From NCBI GenBank assembly GCA_035193785.1, contig CP136572.1:2000627-2032626 (forward strand): a stretch of 32,000 nucleotides of DNA, written 5' to 3'. A program made the translations under genes and the position numbers. The notes under the pieces are model-generated. The model made no database searches, had not been told where the DNA came from, and saw nothing but the letters and a program-made list of their open reading frames with translations. Of the stretch, positions 10,776 to 20,965 are shown in pieces. The stretch's first letter is position 1. Each line of letters starts with the position of its first letter. The stretch comes from Planktothrix sp. GU0601_MAG3. GTDB lineage: Bacteria > Cyanobacteriota > Cyanobacteriia > Cyanobacteriales > Microcoleaceae.

Positions 10776-10845
10776 TACTCCTGAATATTCCGGCGACTCT
10801 CTAATTTCTCCAAACGACAAGCTCAGGACGAACGGGGAGGATATT
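10742..10845 (+). repeat. Two perfect 31-bp direct copies (cgacaagctcaggacgaacggggaggatatt), inverted relative to the core of the upstream 61-bp unit
   Basis: Copies lie at 10742..10772 and 10815..10845, with a degenerate third at about 10714..10736 (cttcgataaactcaggccaaatg). The reverse complement matches aatatccYcaccgttcgggctgagtttgtcgaag at about 29 of 36 positions. Confidence 0.85.
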
Positions 10846-10856
10846 GCAAGATAGAT

Positions 10857-13586
10857 TTAATCTTGAATTCCTCGCCATTCTCCTTGTAAAGTAAACCCTG
10901 ACCAATAGTAGGGGGGTACCCATCCTGAATCGTTTTGCATCTGAATTTGAGCCTGTCGTAAAGCCGCCCCAGGAGCTAATCCTTCCTCTAATATTCCTTT
11001 ATAAAATTTAACCATTAATTCGGCTGTTGATTGGTCATCAACTTTCCATAAACTCACCACCACTCGACTTGCTCCCGCATACATAAATCCCCTAGTTAAA
11101 CCAACTAATCCTTCCCCTTTGATCTCTTGACCTAATCCTGTTTCACAGGCACTTAATACCACTAATTCTGCGGGTAAACTTAGGTTAAAGATATCATAAA
11201 GTCGTAAAAATCCATTCTGAGATTCTCCATTTTGATTAACTAAAGAAAAAACTAAACCTGATAACTGAGGATTTTCACTATTGAGTAAACCATGGGTGGC
11301 AAAATGCACAAAACGGTATTGACTTAATTGGGGATTGGTTGCGGTTTCTCGACTAGCATTAAAACCCACTTCTTGTAAACTATTGTCTTCAGGAACTAAC
11401 CCTAAAATTTGGTTTGCTTCTTCTTGGGTAAAGGGTAAACGATCAAATAAAACCCCCGATTCTCTGGCGGAACGTTCTAAATCTGGAGGAAGCGCTTTCA
11501 GTGCTTGAAGAACAACGGATTTTAAGCGATCATCTGTGGAAGCAAATACGGGATCAGCTAATACAGCTAAGAGTTTTTCTGGGGGTTTTCGATTTTGATT
11601 TTCTTCCCGCATAATTCCCAAAACTGAAGCCGAAGGTAGGGTTAATAATTCATGATTTATAATTAAAGGAATCGCCTCGCTATCCCCAGGGGCTCCCGGT
11701 TCGGGAAGGGCGGCAAAAGGAACATATTGTAATGCACCATCGGCGACAATCAATAATCGTTTATTTTTTAAGGATGGGATTAAGGGGAAAGCAATTTGGG
11801 TCAGGGCTTTTCCCGTTTCTTCGTATAGCGATCGCCGCAATCTTTTACTAGGTAAAATCAGATTATCTCTAAAGTTTTTAACGGCGGTTTCAATAGTTTT
11901 TTCTGGGGGTAATTCATAACTTTTGATAGAATTAGGAGTAACGGCCCATAAATAACTGCGTTCTTTGCCGACGGCATATTCTAATAAAACCGTCTGGTCA
12001 TCTAATAACTTTTGAATCCCAGTTAGAGTTAAGGGTTGGGGTTGAGTTAAGGTGGCATAATGGGGATTATTTACCCGAATGGTATCTAAAACTTGGCTAT
12101 AGTCTTGGAGTAAGATTTCAATTTCTTGGTTGAGTTCCTGTTTCTGTTGATTCGTATGGGGCTGACTCAAAAGTTTAACTCGCTGTTCTTCTAAAGTCGA
12201 TAATTTTTGTTTTAAGGTTTGTTTTTTAGTTAAAAGTTGGGGGTCAATTCCCGAGGTCACTTCTCCTTGAGCTTGAGCTAAAATATCTAATAGGGATCTA
12301 GCCTTTGCTCGTTCACTAATTTGTAAGGCTTTTCCATCCCATCCTTGATTCGGTTGTTGTTGATTCAGTTGCATTAACAAATCAATATAGAATTGGTAAT
12401 AGTCCTGTTTAGATGCTAAAAAAGAGGCTCTTAAGTCTTGACTATTAATCTTAGTTCGTAAATCTTCAACAATAGTTAAAGCCGTTTCAATTTGGGCGAT
12501 CGCCTCTGCAAAATTACCCTTTTTTCGTTCAACTGTCGCCACTCGATATCGAGATAAGGCTTCTTTTGGTTGATCGCCGATTTCTTGACGAATTTTTAAA
12601 GATTGATGATATAATTCTAAGGATTTCTCTAACTTGTTTTGCTGAAAATAAATAAACCCGATATTATTTAGGGTACTGGCTTCTCCGGTGCGATCGCCAA
12701 TTTTCTGCCAGAAATTTAAGGCTTGATTATAGGTTTCTAAAGCTGAATCTAATCGATTCAAATTTGCATAAACAAAACCAATATTATTTAAGGTTGCGCC
12801 TTTCCCACGCTGCACGTTAACCGCCACACTATCCCCAAATTTATTAATAACTTCTTCCCATAAAGCCAAGGCTTGTTGATTATGCTTGAGGGCGACTTCA
12901 AACCGATTTAATTCCGACTCCACCTGGGCAATATTATTTAAAACCGCCGCTACATTCGTAGGGTTTCCTAAAGGTTTAACCCCAACCAAGGCTTGATTAT
13001 AATAATTTAGAGCTTGTTGAAATTCTCCTAAATTAAAATAAATCAAAGCCATCTCATTTAAAGTGGCGATTTCTCCGGTTTTAAAATTAGTTTTTTGCCA
13101 TAAAGGGAAGGTTTGATTTAGAGTATCTAAGGCTTTTTGATATTCCCCTAATTGACCATAAATCTTAGCGATAGAAATTAACGTTGTGGCTTGGGTTTGT
13201 TGATCTTCCAAGGTTTGAGTTAAAACCAATAATTGATTATAACAATTAATCGCTTTGGGATATTCTCCTAAACTACTATAAACAGAACATAAAAAATTAC
13301 GAGTCATCAATTCCTGCTGAGGGTTATTAGCTTCTCGCCCCAGACGTAACCCTTCTTCCCATTGTTGAATCGCCCCCCGAAAGCCAGCTATCGTCCCCTC
13401 TCGATAACGTTTTATCCCTTGATTAAAGATATCTTCTGCCTTAGAATTAGAATTAGTGATTTCTGTAGATTGCCCTTCCCTTGCGATCGCCGGGAGAAGG
13501 ATTCCAGAAACTAAAAAAGACCCCAGAATCAGGAGGCAAAACCAGGCCAACAAAAATTGATTTCTGCGTCTATTACTGTGTATCAT
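10857..13586 (-). CDS. TPR-repeat CHAT-domain protein (caspase-like protease fold) with an N-terminal signal/anchor
   Basis: 909 aa. There is an N-terminal hydrophobic segment and about 8 TPR units (LNNIGFVYANL, LNNIGFIYFQQ...). The C-terminal CHAT domain has the His/Cys dyad context FVHFATHG and VVLSACETG. Confidence 0.9.
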   Translation of the reverse strand: MIHSNRRRNQFLLAWFCLLILGSFLVSGILLPAIAREGQSTEITNSNSKAEDIFNQGIKRYREGTIAGFRGAIQQWEEGLRLGREANNPQQELMTRNFLCSVYSSLGEYPKAINCYNQLLVLTQTLEDQQTQATTLISIAKIYGQLGEYQKALDTLNQTFPLWQKTNFKTGEIATLNEMALIYFNLGEFQQALNYYNQALVGVKPLGNPTNVAAVLNNIAQVESELNRFEVALKHNQQALALWEEVINKFGDSVAVNVQRGKGATLNNIGFVYANLNRLDSALETYNQALNFWQKIGDRTGEASTLNNIGFIYFQQNKLEKSLELYHQSLKIRQEIGDQPKEALSRYRVATVERKKGNFAEAIAQIETALTIVEDLRTKINSQDLRASFLASKQDYYQFYIDLLMQLNQQQPNQGWDGKALQISERAKARSLLDILAQAQGEVTSGIDPQLLTKKQTLKQKLSTLEEQRVKLLSQPHTNQQKQELNQEIEILLQDYSQVLDTIRVNNPHYATLTQPQPLTLTGIQKLLDDQTVLLEYAVGKERSYLWAVTPNSIKSYELPPEKTIETAVKNFRDNLILPSKRLRRSLYEETGKALTQIAFPLIPSLKNKRLLIVADGALQYVPFAALPEPGAPGDSEAIPLIINHELLTLPSASVLGIMREENQNRKPPEKLLAVLADPVFASTDDRLKSVVLQALKALPPDLERSARESGVLFDRLPFTQEEANQILGLVPEDNSLQEVGFNASRETATNPQLSQYRFVHFATHGLLNSENPQLSGLVFSLVNQNGESQNGFLRLYDIFNLSLPAELVVLSACETGLGQEIKGEGLVGLTRGFMYAGASRVVVSLWKVDDQSTAELMVKFYKGILEEGLAPGAALRQAQIQMQNDSGWVPPYYWSGFTLQGEWRGIQD

Positions 13587-13838
13587 AATTTAATTCCTGC
13601 TTAAACTCAATTTTTGAGGATCAGGTTGTTAAAAGTTTATGATCAATAATTATGATCAATAATAGGGATTATCTTACCCTGATCCGTGATCAAGAGTTTC
13701 TAATTATTGAAAGTTTCTCATTTTCTTCTTAACTTATGTTCACGATTCCTATTTTTTCTGCATCATTTCTGAGTTTCTCAACCTAATCGGGACTGGAAGC
13801 TAATTTTAAAGGGTTTCAGCGCTGGAGTTTCCCTAGTT

Positions 13839-14513
13839 TTGAGTCTGGGACTGTTTCAAAGACCAACGCTTGCTCAAATTGATCTTGCCATCATCCTAGA
13901 AATTATCGATGGAGATCAAGTTTTTATTCAAGAAAATCAAGCTAAAGTAGAAGACCAAGCGGAATTGGGACAAATTATTGTCACAAAAGAATCTCGCGCT
14001 GGGGTTATATTTAATAATGGTGCATCGGGACGCATGAATACTAACTCCCAAATTGCCGTCGGTCAATGTGTAGAAATTAAACAGGGACAAATATTAGTTA
14101 GTGGCCCGGTTAATGGATGTATTGCTGGGCTGACTGTTGGTGTTCAAGGAACAATTTATATCATGGAAATGACCGATGGAAAAACAGGTAATATTAAAGT
14201 TTTAGAAGGCACTGTGGAAGTCACCTCCGCCGATGGAACAGGAGAACCCATACAAGTTACCGAAGGACAAAAAGTATCTATTTTCCAGGGCATTTTAAGT
14301 CAAGTGATTCCCATGACTCCAGAAGAAATATCCTCTATTTTACTCGGTGAATTATTCTCCGGGTTTAATATTCCTATTACTCCCCAAGGATTATTATCTT
14401 CCGTTTGTTCTCGTCTTTTACCCGGGTTTACCTGTTCCCAAAATGGGATTCCCACCCCAGCCATTCCCACCCCTCCTATTCCAACGCCTCCAATTCCACG
14501 TTTACCATTTTAA
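13839..14513 (+). CDS. FecR-domain-like secreted protein with a Pro-rich C-terminus
   Basis: Beta-rich pattern ...AGVIFNNGASGRMNTNSQIAV...GQILVSGP...GVQGTIYIME...IKVLEGTVEVTS...VTEGQKVSI, ending in IPTPAIPTPPIPTPPIP. The start is uncertain: 13839 is TTG. The ATG at 13736 (MFTIPIFSASFLS...) would join in frame if one T were removed from GTTTC at 13773..13777. Confidence 0.55.
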   Translation: MSLGLFQRPTLAQIDLAIILEIIDGDQVFIQENQAKVEDQAELGQIIVTKESRAGVIFNNGASGRMNTNSQIAVGQCVEIKQGQILVSGPVNGCIAGLTVGVQGTIYIMEMTDGKTGNIKVLEGTVEVTSADGTGEPIQVTEGQKVSIFQGILSQVIPMTPEEISSILLGELFSGFNIPITPQGLLSSVCSRLLPGFTCSQNGIPTPAIPTPPIPTPPIPRLPF

Positions 14514-14604
14514 ATGATTAATAGGTAATAGCTAATAAACTGGTAACTGATGACTGATGTAATAATGATAGAATCTATAACTGTAAACAATTGTGCCAAA
14601 AAAT

Positions 14605-16480
14605 ATGACTCCATCTAATCCAGAAGATAGTATAATTATGACTGAATCGACTCATCCCTATACTGCCCTGATCACCGAACTATATCAACAGGCGATTAAA
14701 TTTCAGGAAAGTGAGAATTTTGCCGAAGCGATCGCTTGTTACCAAAAACTAATTAATATTGAACCTAAATTAGTCTTAGGATATCAAAGGATTGGCAGTC
14801 TTTCCCTAAAAACCCAAGAATTTGAACAGGCAATTGCAGCTTATCAAAAATTAATTGAATTGAGTCCCAATGAATTTTGGGCTTATAATAATTTAGGAGA
14901 AGCATTGCTAAAATTAAAGCGATGGGAAGAAGCTATTCCTATTTATGAAAAAGCGATTGAAATAGACCCGAATTGCTTTTGGGGTTATAATAGTTTAGGG
15001 GAATGTTTAATCCAAACTGGACAACTAGAAAAAGCCGTCCCTATTTATCAAAAAGCTATTGAATTAGATCCTGAATTTTGGGGAGTTTATCAAAAATTAG
15101 CAGAGGCATTAACCACTTTAGAAAAATGGGAAGAATCCATACCCATCTACCGCCGGGCTATTGAATTAAAACCAGACTTTTTTTGGTCGTATGTAAGTTT
15201 AGGAAAAGCCTTAATTCAGTTAGAAAGATGGCAAGAGGCGATTCCCGTTTGTCAACAGGCGATTTCTATTGATCCTAGTTTCTTTTGGTCTTATATTAAT
15301 TTAGCCGATTCCCTATTTAATTTAGGAAGATGGCCAGAAGCCATTGAAGTTTATACCACAGCTAATCAAATTAAATCGGATTTCTTTTGGTCTTATAAAA
15401 ATTTAGGGGATGCCTTGATTCAATTGCAGCAATGGCAAGGTGCCATTCCGGTTTATCAACAAGCCTTAGAACTCAATTCCACTGAACCCTCATGCTATTA
15501 TAACCTAGGTTTAGCCTATCTCAATTTACAACAAAACCCCGATGCTATTTCTGCTTTTAAAACCGCTTTAAAACTGAATCCAGATTATAGTTTAGCTCAA
15601 AAAAAATTAGACGAAATTATCGTAATTGATTCTCCCCCATCCCCCCATCAACTCGAACCCATTGACTGGTTAAAATATTATCCTAAATCGGGACAAGCCC
15701 CCTCCTATTGTTTACCTAAAACCACAACTTTAGGCAAAAATCCCCAAACCGGAAAATGGCAATTTCCCGTTCCTCCTGAAGATTTGAGGTTAGTTTTTGT
15801 AGAGAATGAAGAATATTATCTCAACTCGGGGAAAACACAAGTTCAAGTCATGTTAAGTATCTTGCGAGAGTGTGGATATTTCCTCAAAACCGGAAGCCGA
15901 ATTTTAGATTTTGGTTGTGCATCGGGACGCATTCTTAGGGAGTTAGCTGATTTATCGGATATTTGTGAAATTTGGGGGACGGATATTAGTGCCGATTGTA
16001 TTGCTTGGTGTCAACAAAATATGAGTCCTCCCTTTCATTTTTTCGTCGGAAACAACCCTACCCCATTTACCCTTTGAAGACCGCTATTTTGATTTAATTT
16101 ATGCGGGTTCAGTCTTCACCCATATTGACGATTTAGCCGATGCCTGGTTGTTAGAACTCCGTCGGATTTTAAAACCCGGGGGACTGGCTTTTATTACGAT
16201 TCAAGAAAGTTATATTTTTGATAAAATTAAAGAATCTCCTGAAGTCTGGCTTTCTAATAATAATGTCTGGCCGCCCGAACAAAAGTTAGCCTGTATTCAG
16301 AACTATTTTGAATATATTAATCAAGATTTTGCCATGTTTACCCTAGGACGGGATACCCGGTCTTTGGTGTTCTATGACGTGAATTATTTCCGCGAAAAAT
16401 GGAAACCCTTTTTCCAAGTTTTAGCGGTTAAACAAGAAGCCTATTATTGGCAAACAGGAATTTTATTAAAGCGCCTTTAA
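14605..16480 (+). CDS. TPR-repeat protein fused to a class I SAM-dependent methyltransferase, interrupted by a +1 frameshift
   Basis: About 9 TPR units (AIxxYQKAIELxP with FWxYxxLG) are followed by the SAM motif ILDFGCASGRIL. ORFs 14593..16077 and 16148..16480 join as ...FHFFVGTTLPHLPFEDRYFDLIYAGSVFTHIDD... when one A is removed from GAAAC at 16049..16053. The ATG at 14605 is preferred over the GTG at 14593. Confidence 0.75.
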
Positions 16481-16539
16481 TCTTTATAACTAGGGAACAG
16501 GCAACAGGGAATTACCCATTTTTATATTGTTTTTATATC

Positions 16540-16640
16540 AGGACTTACGCAGAAACCGGGTTTCTGAAAGAGAAATCACCGATTTCATCCGCAAAATTAG
16601 GGCTAGAAACCCGGTTTCTTTGGTCTTGTGCGTAAGTCCT
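16540..16640. mobile_element. MITE-like 101-bp element with 12-bp perfect terminal inverted repeats
   Basis: aggacttacgca (16540..16551) and tgcgtaagtcct (16629..16640) enclose two GAAACC(C)GGTTTC palindromes (16552..16564, 16606..16618). The element is flanked by TATAT-rich sequence and has no coding capacity. Confidence 0.5.
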
Positions 16641-16666
16641 ATATATATAATTTTTTTGATTGCAGA

Positions 16667-16696
16667 GGTAGAGACGTTAAATTTAACATCTCTACC
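16667..16696. terminator. Palindromic hairpin between convergent genes (candidate bidirectional terminator)
   Basis: ggtagagacgttaaa/tttaacatctctacc is a 15-bp arm palindrome with one mismatch, preceded by a T-run. It lies between the methyltransferase stop (16480) and the phosphoketolase stop (16705). Confidence 0.45.
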
Positions 16697-16704
16697 CGGG
16701 TTTA

Positions 16705-18899
16705 CTAATGAATTAACTCAATAGCTCGTTTCGTCAACGCTTCAGAAGTAATGCCATTAAATGCCATTAACTCCCCGGCACTGGCGGTGGTTTCGCCCCG
16801 TTTCCAAGCGAAAGTATCCCGATGAGAATTGCTGCGTAACATAATCGGTTCTAACATCAAACTAGAACCACCTGTTACTCCAATTAAGGCATCTCCAGCA
16901 AACAGTTGATTAAAGGTTTCATCACTGGCAAAATCGTTATCGGGTTCGGAACAAGTCTCGGATAAAACATCGTGAGAACGATATAAACGCCGAGGGTTAA
17001 TAATAGAAACAATTCGGACTCCAATCCCTTCAGTTTCCAAAAATGCCGCCGCTTCAAACACCGGAATTAAGGTCATATCCCCAATCACCGCAAACACAAC
17101 GGTTTTATCCCCTGGAACTTCCTGTAAGACCACCGCCCCATCTTTTAACCCTTGGCGAGTTTGCTCAAACGTCGTGCGGATGGGCAAGGGGGACTTACTG
17201 GCGGTAATAATAATGCTCTTGTTTTTGGTATTTAAAGCCCAGTCGTAGCATACTTGAATGCTGTTGGCATCGGGAGGAAACACCGGGAAAACATTGCCAC
17301 TGCGCATCATCGCGGCAAAATAGGCCTCAATTTCGGGCCGTTGGTGTGTCCAACCATTGCGACCCTGTTCCAACGCTCCGGCGGTGAATAAACACACCGT
17401 TGAGGGGGTGGCCCGCCGTAACTCGGCCATGGCTTGGGCGACGGTTTGCAAAACTGGCACACCGTTAATCGCAAAAGACTCGTAGGAAACACCATAAAGT
17501 TCGGGCTCCTAATAGGGATAATCCCACCGCTAACCCGGCACAAGCATCCTCACTTAAGGGTTCATAAACTTGCCCCTGGGGTTGTTGGAAATAAATATTA
17601 TCCGTTGTCGGGTGAATAATCTTTAATCCTTGGTTAATATTGTTAATTCCAGAAGCCGCATTTCCATCAGCATTGGTCACAATAAAATGGGGATCTTTTT
17701 GCCCAACATGAACAACTAACGCCCCCATTGCGGTTGTGGAAACCTTGGGATCTCCGCCAACTGGATATTCTTCTAGGGGTAATTCTCCCAGATCCGCTAA
17801 AGGATAATCAAACTCAGTGACAACGGTTTTGGCTGCTGGGCCACCACTGGAGCGTTCTAAATTTGTCCGCACTAATTCCCAAGCCGCCACAGGTAAGGCC
17901 CGTTCTTTTAAAGCGTTAATAATATGGGGACTATCTAGGGTATCTCCCGGATAAAGGTTGTGGGATTTTGCTCCGAGGGCGTGAACTCCGGCGCCTTTTA
18001 ATTGTTTAATAATAAACACGGTTAATTGACCCCCCAAAGCCAATTTTGCCGCCTTATCCATGGCGACTAAAATGGCTTGGGTAAATTCAATTCGTTTGTT
18101 AATAGAAAAGGCGGTACTATCAACATAATCACCCGGTTGATTCTGATCATCAAAATCCTTAGCATTAACTAAAATTACTTCTGAAAATCCATTTCCTTTC
18201 CAGTAAGCAATCATTTCTGCATTGGTTTTCGTGGAAACCATACTATGATGCTCTTGACTATAACCATTCCAGACCAACACAGGCAAGAAATTAGTCACTT
18301 CTGGATAGGCGGTGTGGAAGTGCATCATGCTACTCATGGGGTAGGGTTCGCCCATGCCCCCATCGCCGAGAGTGAAGGGAAATAGGACATTTCGGTGTAA
18401 CAGGGCGGCGGCCATGGCAAAATGTTGTCCCTGTCCCAAGGGCCCGGCGGGGTTGAGCAGACCGGGAATAAAGCCGGAAAGGTGGCCAAGCAGTCCATGT
18501 TTTTCGCGGAAGCGATCGCGCAATTGTTGGACGGTCACAATGCCCATATCTTCTAGGGAGCGATCCAAGAAACACCGCACTGTAAAACCCTGGCGCATGG
18601 TGTCCCACTTCCGTCATAATATTCTTATGGCCCAGCATCACCAAGGCGGCATAAGCTTCGACACTGGAGGCAAATCCCCCCGGGTGTCCCGAGGCTTTGC
18701 TGGCGGTGATTTGTAAGGTTAAATACCGCAGGGCATCGGCATACAGCAGGGTTTGATAGGCGGCTTTAGTATCATGGGCATCGGCAATTGAGGCAGTATT
18801 TTCAGCAATAATTGGGCTATTCCCATAGTGGTCAAATTCAGGAAAACTGTCTTTAAAATACTGAATTCCTTGACAAAATTCTGGTATTGTTGTTGTCAT
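16705..18899 (-). CDS. Phosphoketolase-family thiamine-diphosphate enzyme (divergent class), interrupted by two +1 frameshifts
   Basis: Contains the TPP-enzyme motifs SGHPGGF and LGDGGMGEP...LPVLVWNGYSQ, plus GRNGWTHQRPE (compare the Xfp NGFSHQDPG). The three ORFs join as ...FYSAVFLDRSLEDMG... (remove one base of GAAAC at 18569..18573, + strand) and ...GARTLWCSYESFAINGVPVLQT... (GAAAC at 17486..17490). Confidence 0.8.
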
Positions 18900-19144
18900 G
18901 TTTAATCCCTTCTCGGTAATTCTGATTTTTTGAGTTAATATTTATTTTACAATTACTTGTCCCTAAAAATGATAGTATTTTCCAACTAGGGAAAAAAAAA
19001 TCCAATCATTGATTAAAATAAATAGATATAAAACCCATCGGTTATTAGAGGTCTGGGAAATATTCAAACCCTATTGTAAATTTTTTCTATATCGTTACCA
19101 TAGAATAAACTATAACCTAATTTGATCATTCTAAAACTTTGATT

Positions 19145-20500
19145 ATGAATACACAACTGCCCCCCGCATCCCCCCGTCCAGATCTATTAGAAAAAGTCTA
19201 TTGGATTACTGATCCCCTCGATTATATGGATACCCATACCCAAAAATATGGAGATATTTTTAGTAATTATATTCTGGGGAAAAACACTCCTTGGGTTTTT
19301 GTAAGTGATCCCCAAGCTATTCAAAAAATATTAACCGATAATGTTTTTGAAGCTCCGGGTCATCTTAACAGAATTTTAGAGCCTTTAACCGGAGATAACT
19401 CTATCTTTATGTTAGAGGGCGATCGCCACAAACGAGAACGAAAATTATTAATGCCATCCTTCCATGGGGAAAGAATGCGAGAGTATGGAGAATTAATCAC
19501 GGATATTACCCAAAAAGTTATCGGTCAACTGTCTGAGGGACAGTCTTTTCTTGCCCGGGAAACCCTGCAACAAATTTCCTTAGATGTGATTCTAAAAGTT
19601 GTTTTTGGAGTCTATGCGGGAGATCGATATAGTCAGTTAAAACTTTTGTTATCGGGAATATTAGACGTTTTTAAATCCCCTGTTAGTTCTAGTTTTTTAT
19701 TCTTTCCAATTTTACAACAAAATTTAGGCCCCTGGAGTCCCTGGGGATATTTCTTAAAACAACGCCAACAAATTGACGAGTTATTATATACCGAAATTCG
19801 AGAACGTCGTGAAAACCCCGATCAATCTCGCCAGGATATTCTAAGTTTAATGATAGCCGCCCGGGACGAAGAAGGCAACCCGATGACGGATCAAGAATTA
19901 CGAGACGAATTATTAACGTTATTATTTGCCGGACATGAAACCACTGCTACGGCGATGTCCTGGGCATTATATTGGATTCATAGTCAGCCAGAAGTCTATG
20001 AAAAATTAATCCAAGAGTTAAAAAGTTTACCCCAAAATGCTGAGGGTATGGATATTTTTCGCTTGCCCTATTTAACGGCAGTTTGTCAGGAAACCTTGCG
20101 AATTTATCCCGTGGCAATGTTAACATTTGCTCGAACTAATAAAGAATCAGTGGATTTAATGGGTTATCAATTACCGCCTAAAACTTTAGTGGTAGGTTGT
20201 ATTTATTTAACCCATCGACGGGAAGACTTATATCCGCAAGCGAATCAATTTAAACCGGAACGTTTTTTAGAACGTAAGTTTTCTCCCTATGAATTTCTTC
20301 CCTTTGGTGGCGGTAGTCGTTTATGTATAGGAATGGCCTTAGCTCAATATGAAATGAAGTTAGTTTTAGCCACAATTTTATTGAATTATGAGTTAATTTT
20401 GTTGGAAAAACAACCCGTAAAAGCGGTGCGTCGAGGGGTGACTTTAGCCCCCAAAGGTGGGATCAAAATGCAACTGCTAAAAAAACTTCTACAACCGTAA
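19145..20500 (+). CDS. Cytochrome P450
   Basis: Has the heme-binding loop FLPFGGGSRLCIGMALA, the I-helix AGHETT and the ETLR K-helix motif. The ATG at 19145 is preferred over the TTG at 19139. Confidence 0.9.
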   Translation: MNTQLPPASPRPDLLEKVYWITDPLDYMDTHTQKYGDIFSNYILGKNTPWVFVSDPQAIQKILTDNVFEAPGHLNRILEPLTGDNSIFMLEGDRHKRERKLLMPSFHGERMREYGELITDITQKVIGQLSEGQSFLARETLQQISLDVILKVVFGVYAGDRYSQLKLLLSGILDVFKSPVSSSFLFFPILQQNLGPWSPWGYFLKQRQQIDELLYTEIRERRENPDQSRQDILSLMIAARDEEGNPMTDQELRDELLTLLFAGHETTATAMSWALYWIHSQPEVYEKLIQELKSLPQNAEGMDIFRLPYLTAVCQETLRIYPVAMLTFARTNKESVDLMGYQLPPKTLVVGCIYLTHRREDLYPQANQFKPERFLERKFSPYEFLPFGGGSRLCIGMALAQYEMKLVLATILLNYELILLEKQPVKAVRRGVTLAPKGGIKMQLLKKLLQP

Positions 20501-20830
20501 AAACCCAGAGAATTAGTCCGCAATCTTTAGTCTATTTATACCTGTTAATTGCCCCATTAACTCAGACCCCGGGGCAGGGGTATAGAAGATGAGAGTTAGG
20601 GCTTTTATCCTCGCCATAACTCAATAGATTAGAGTTTAAAAACCGTAGAGGTTTGGTCTCTAAGCCTTACTCAGAATAGGGTTTAGAGATCAAACCCCTG
20701 CGATAAAATATTACAACTTATTAAGGATTACTATAGATCAGAGTTGAATGAATTACCGTAAATTGATTGACCCAGAAATTGAGTTAATGACCCAATGTAG
20801 TAGCCAATTTTCGGGTTAGAGATTTGTGCA

Positions 20831-20875
20831 ACCATAAACTTATACAAAAATTGCATCTTTGTATAAGTTTATGGT
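20831..20875. promoter_or_regulatory. 18-bp perfect inverted repeat with a 9-nt spacer, upstream of the AAA-like ATPase gene
   Basis: accataaacttatacaaa (20831..20848), spacer aattgcatc, then tttgtataagtttatggt (20858..20875). It lies 90 bp upstream of the ATG at 20966. Confidence 0.4.
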
Positions 20876-20965
20876 ATGTTAGTTACAGCGTTCTTGTATT
20901 TTAATAATATAAAAATACTCAGATTTATTAATCTAATTTATTGATATAAAAATATTGGGGTTAAC

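Noticed and set aside
16447-16724. Track ORFs 16447..16635 and 16527..16724
   Set aside because: They are read across the MITE-like element, the GAAACCNGGTTTC palindromes and the terminator palindrome. They are repeat-derived peptides (..ETGFL.., ..RNRVS..), not genes.
17307-18716. Track ORFs 17307..17543 (-), 17434..17619 (+) and 18354..18716 (+)
   Set aside because: These are shadow or alternative-frame ORFs inside the phosphoketolase-family gene. They are Arg/Pro-rich translations of a GC-richer coding region with no motifs.
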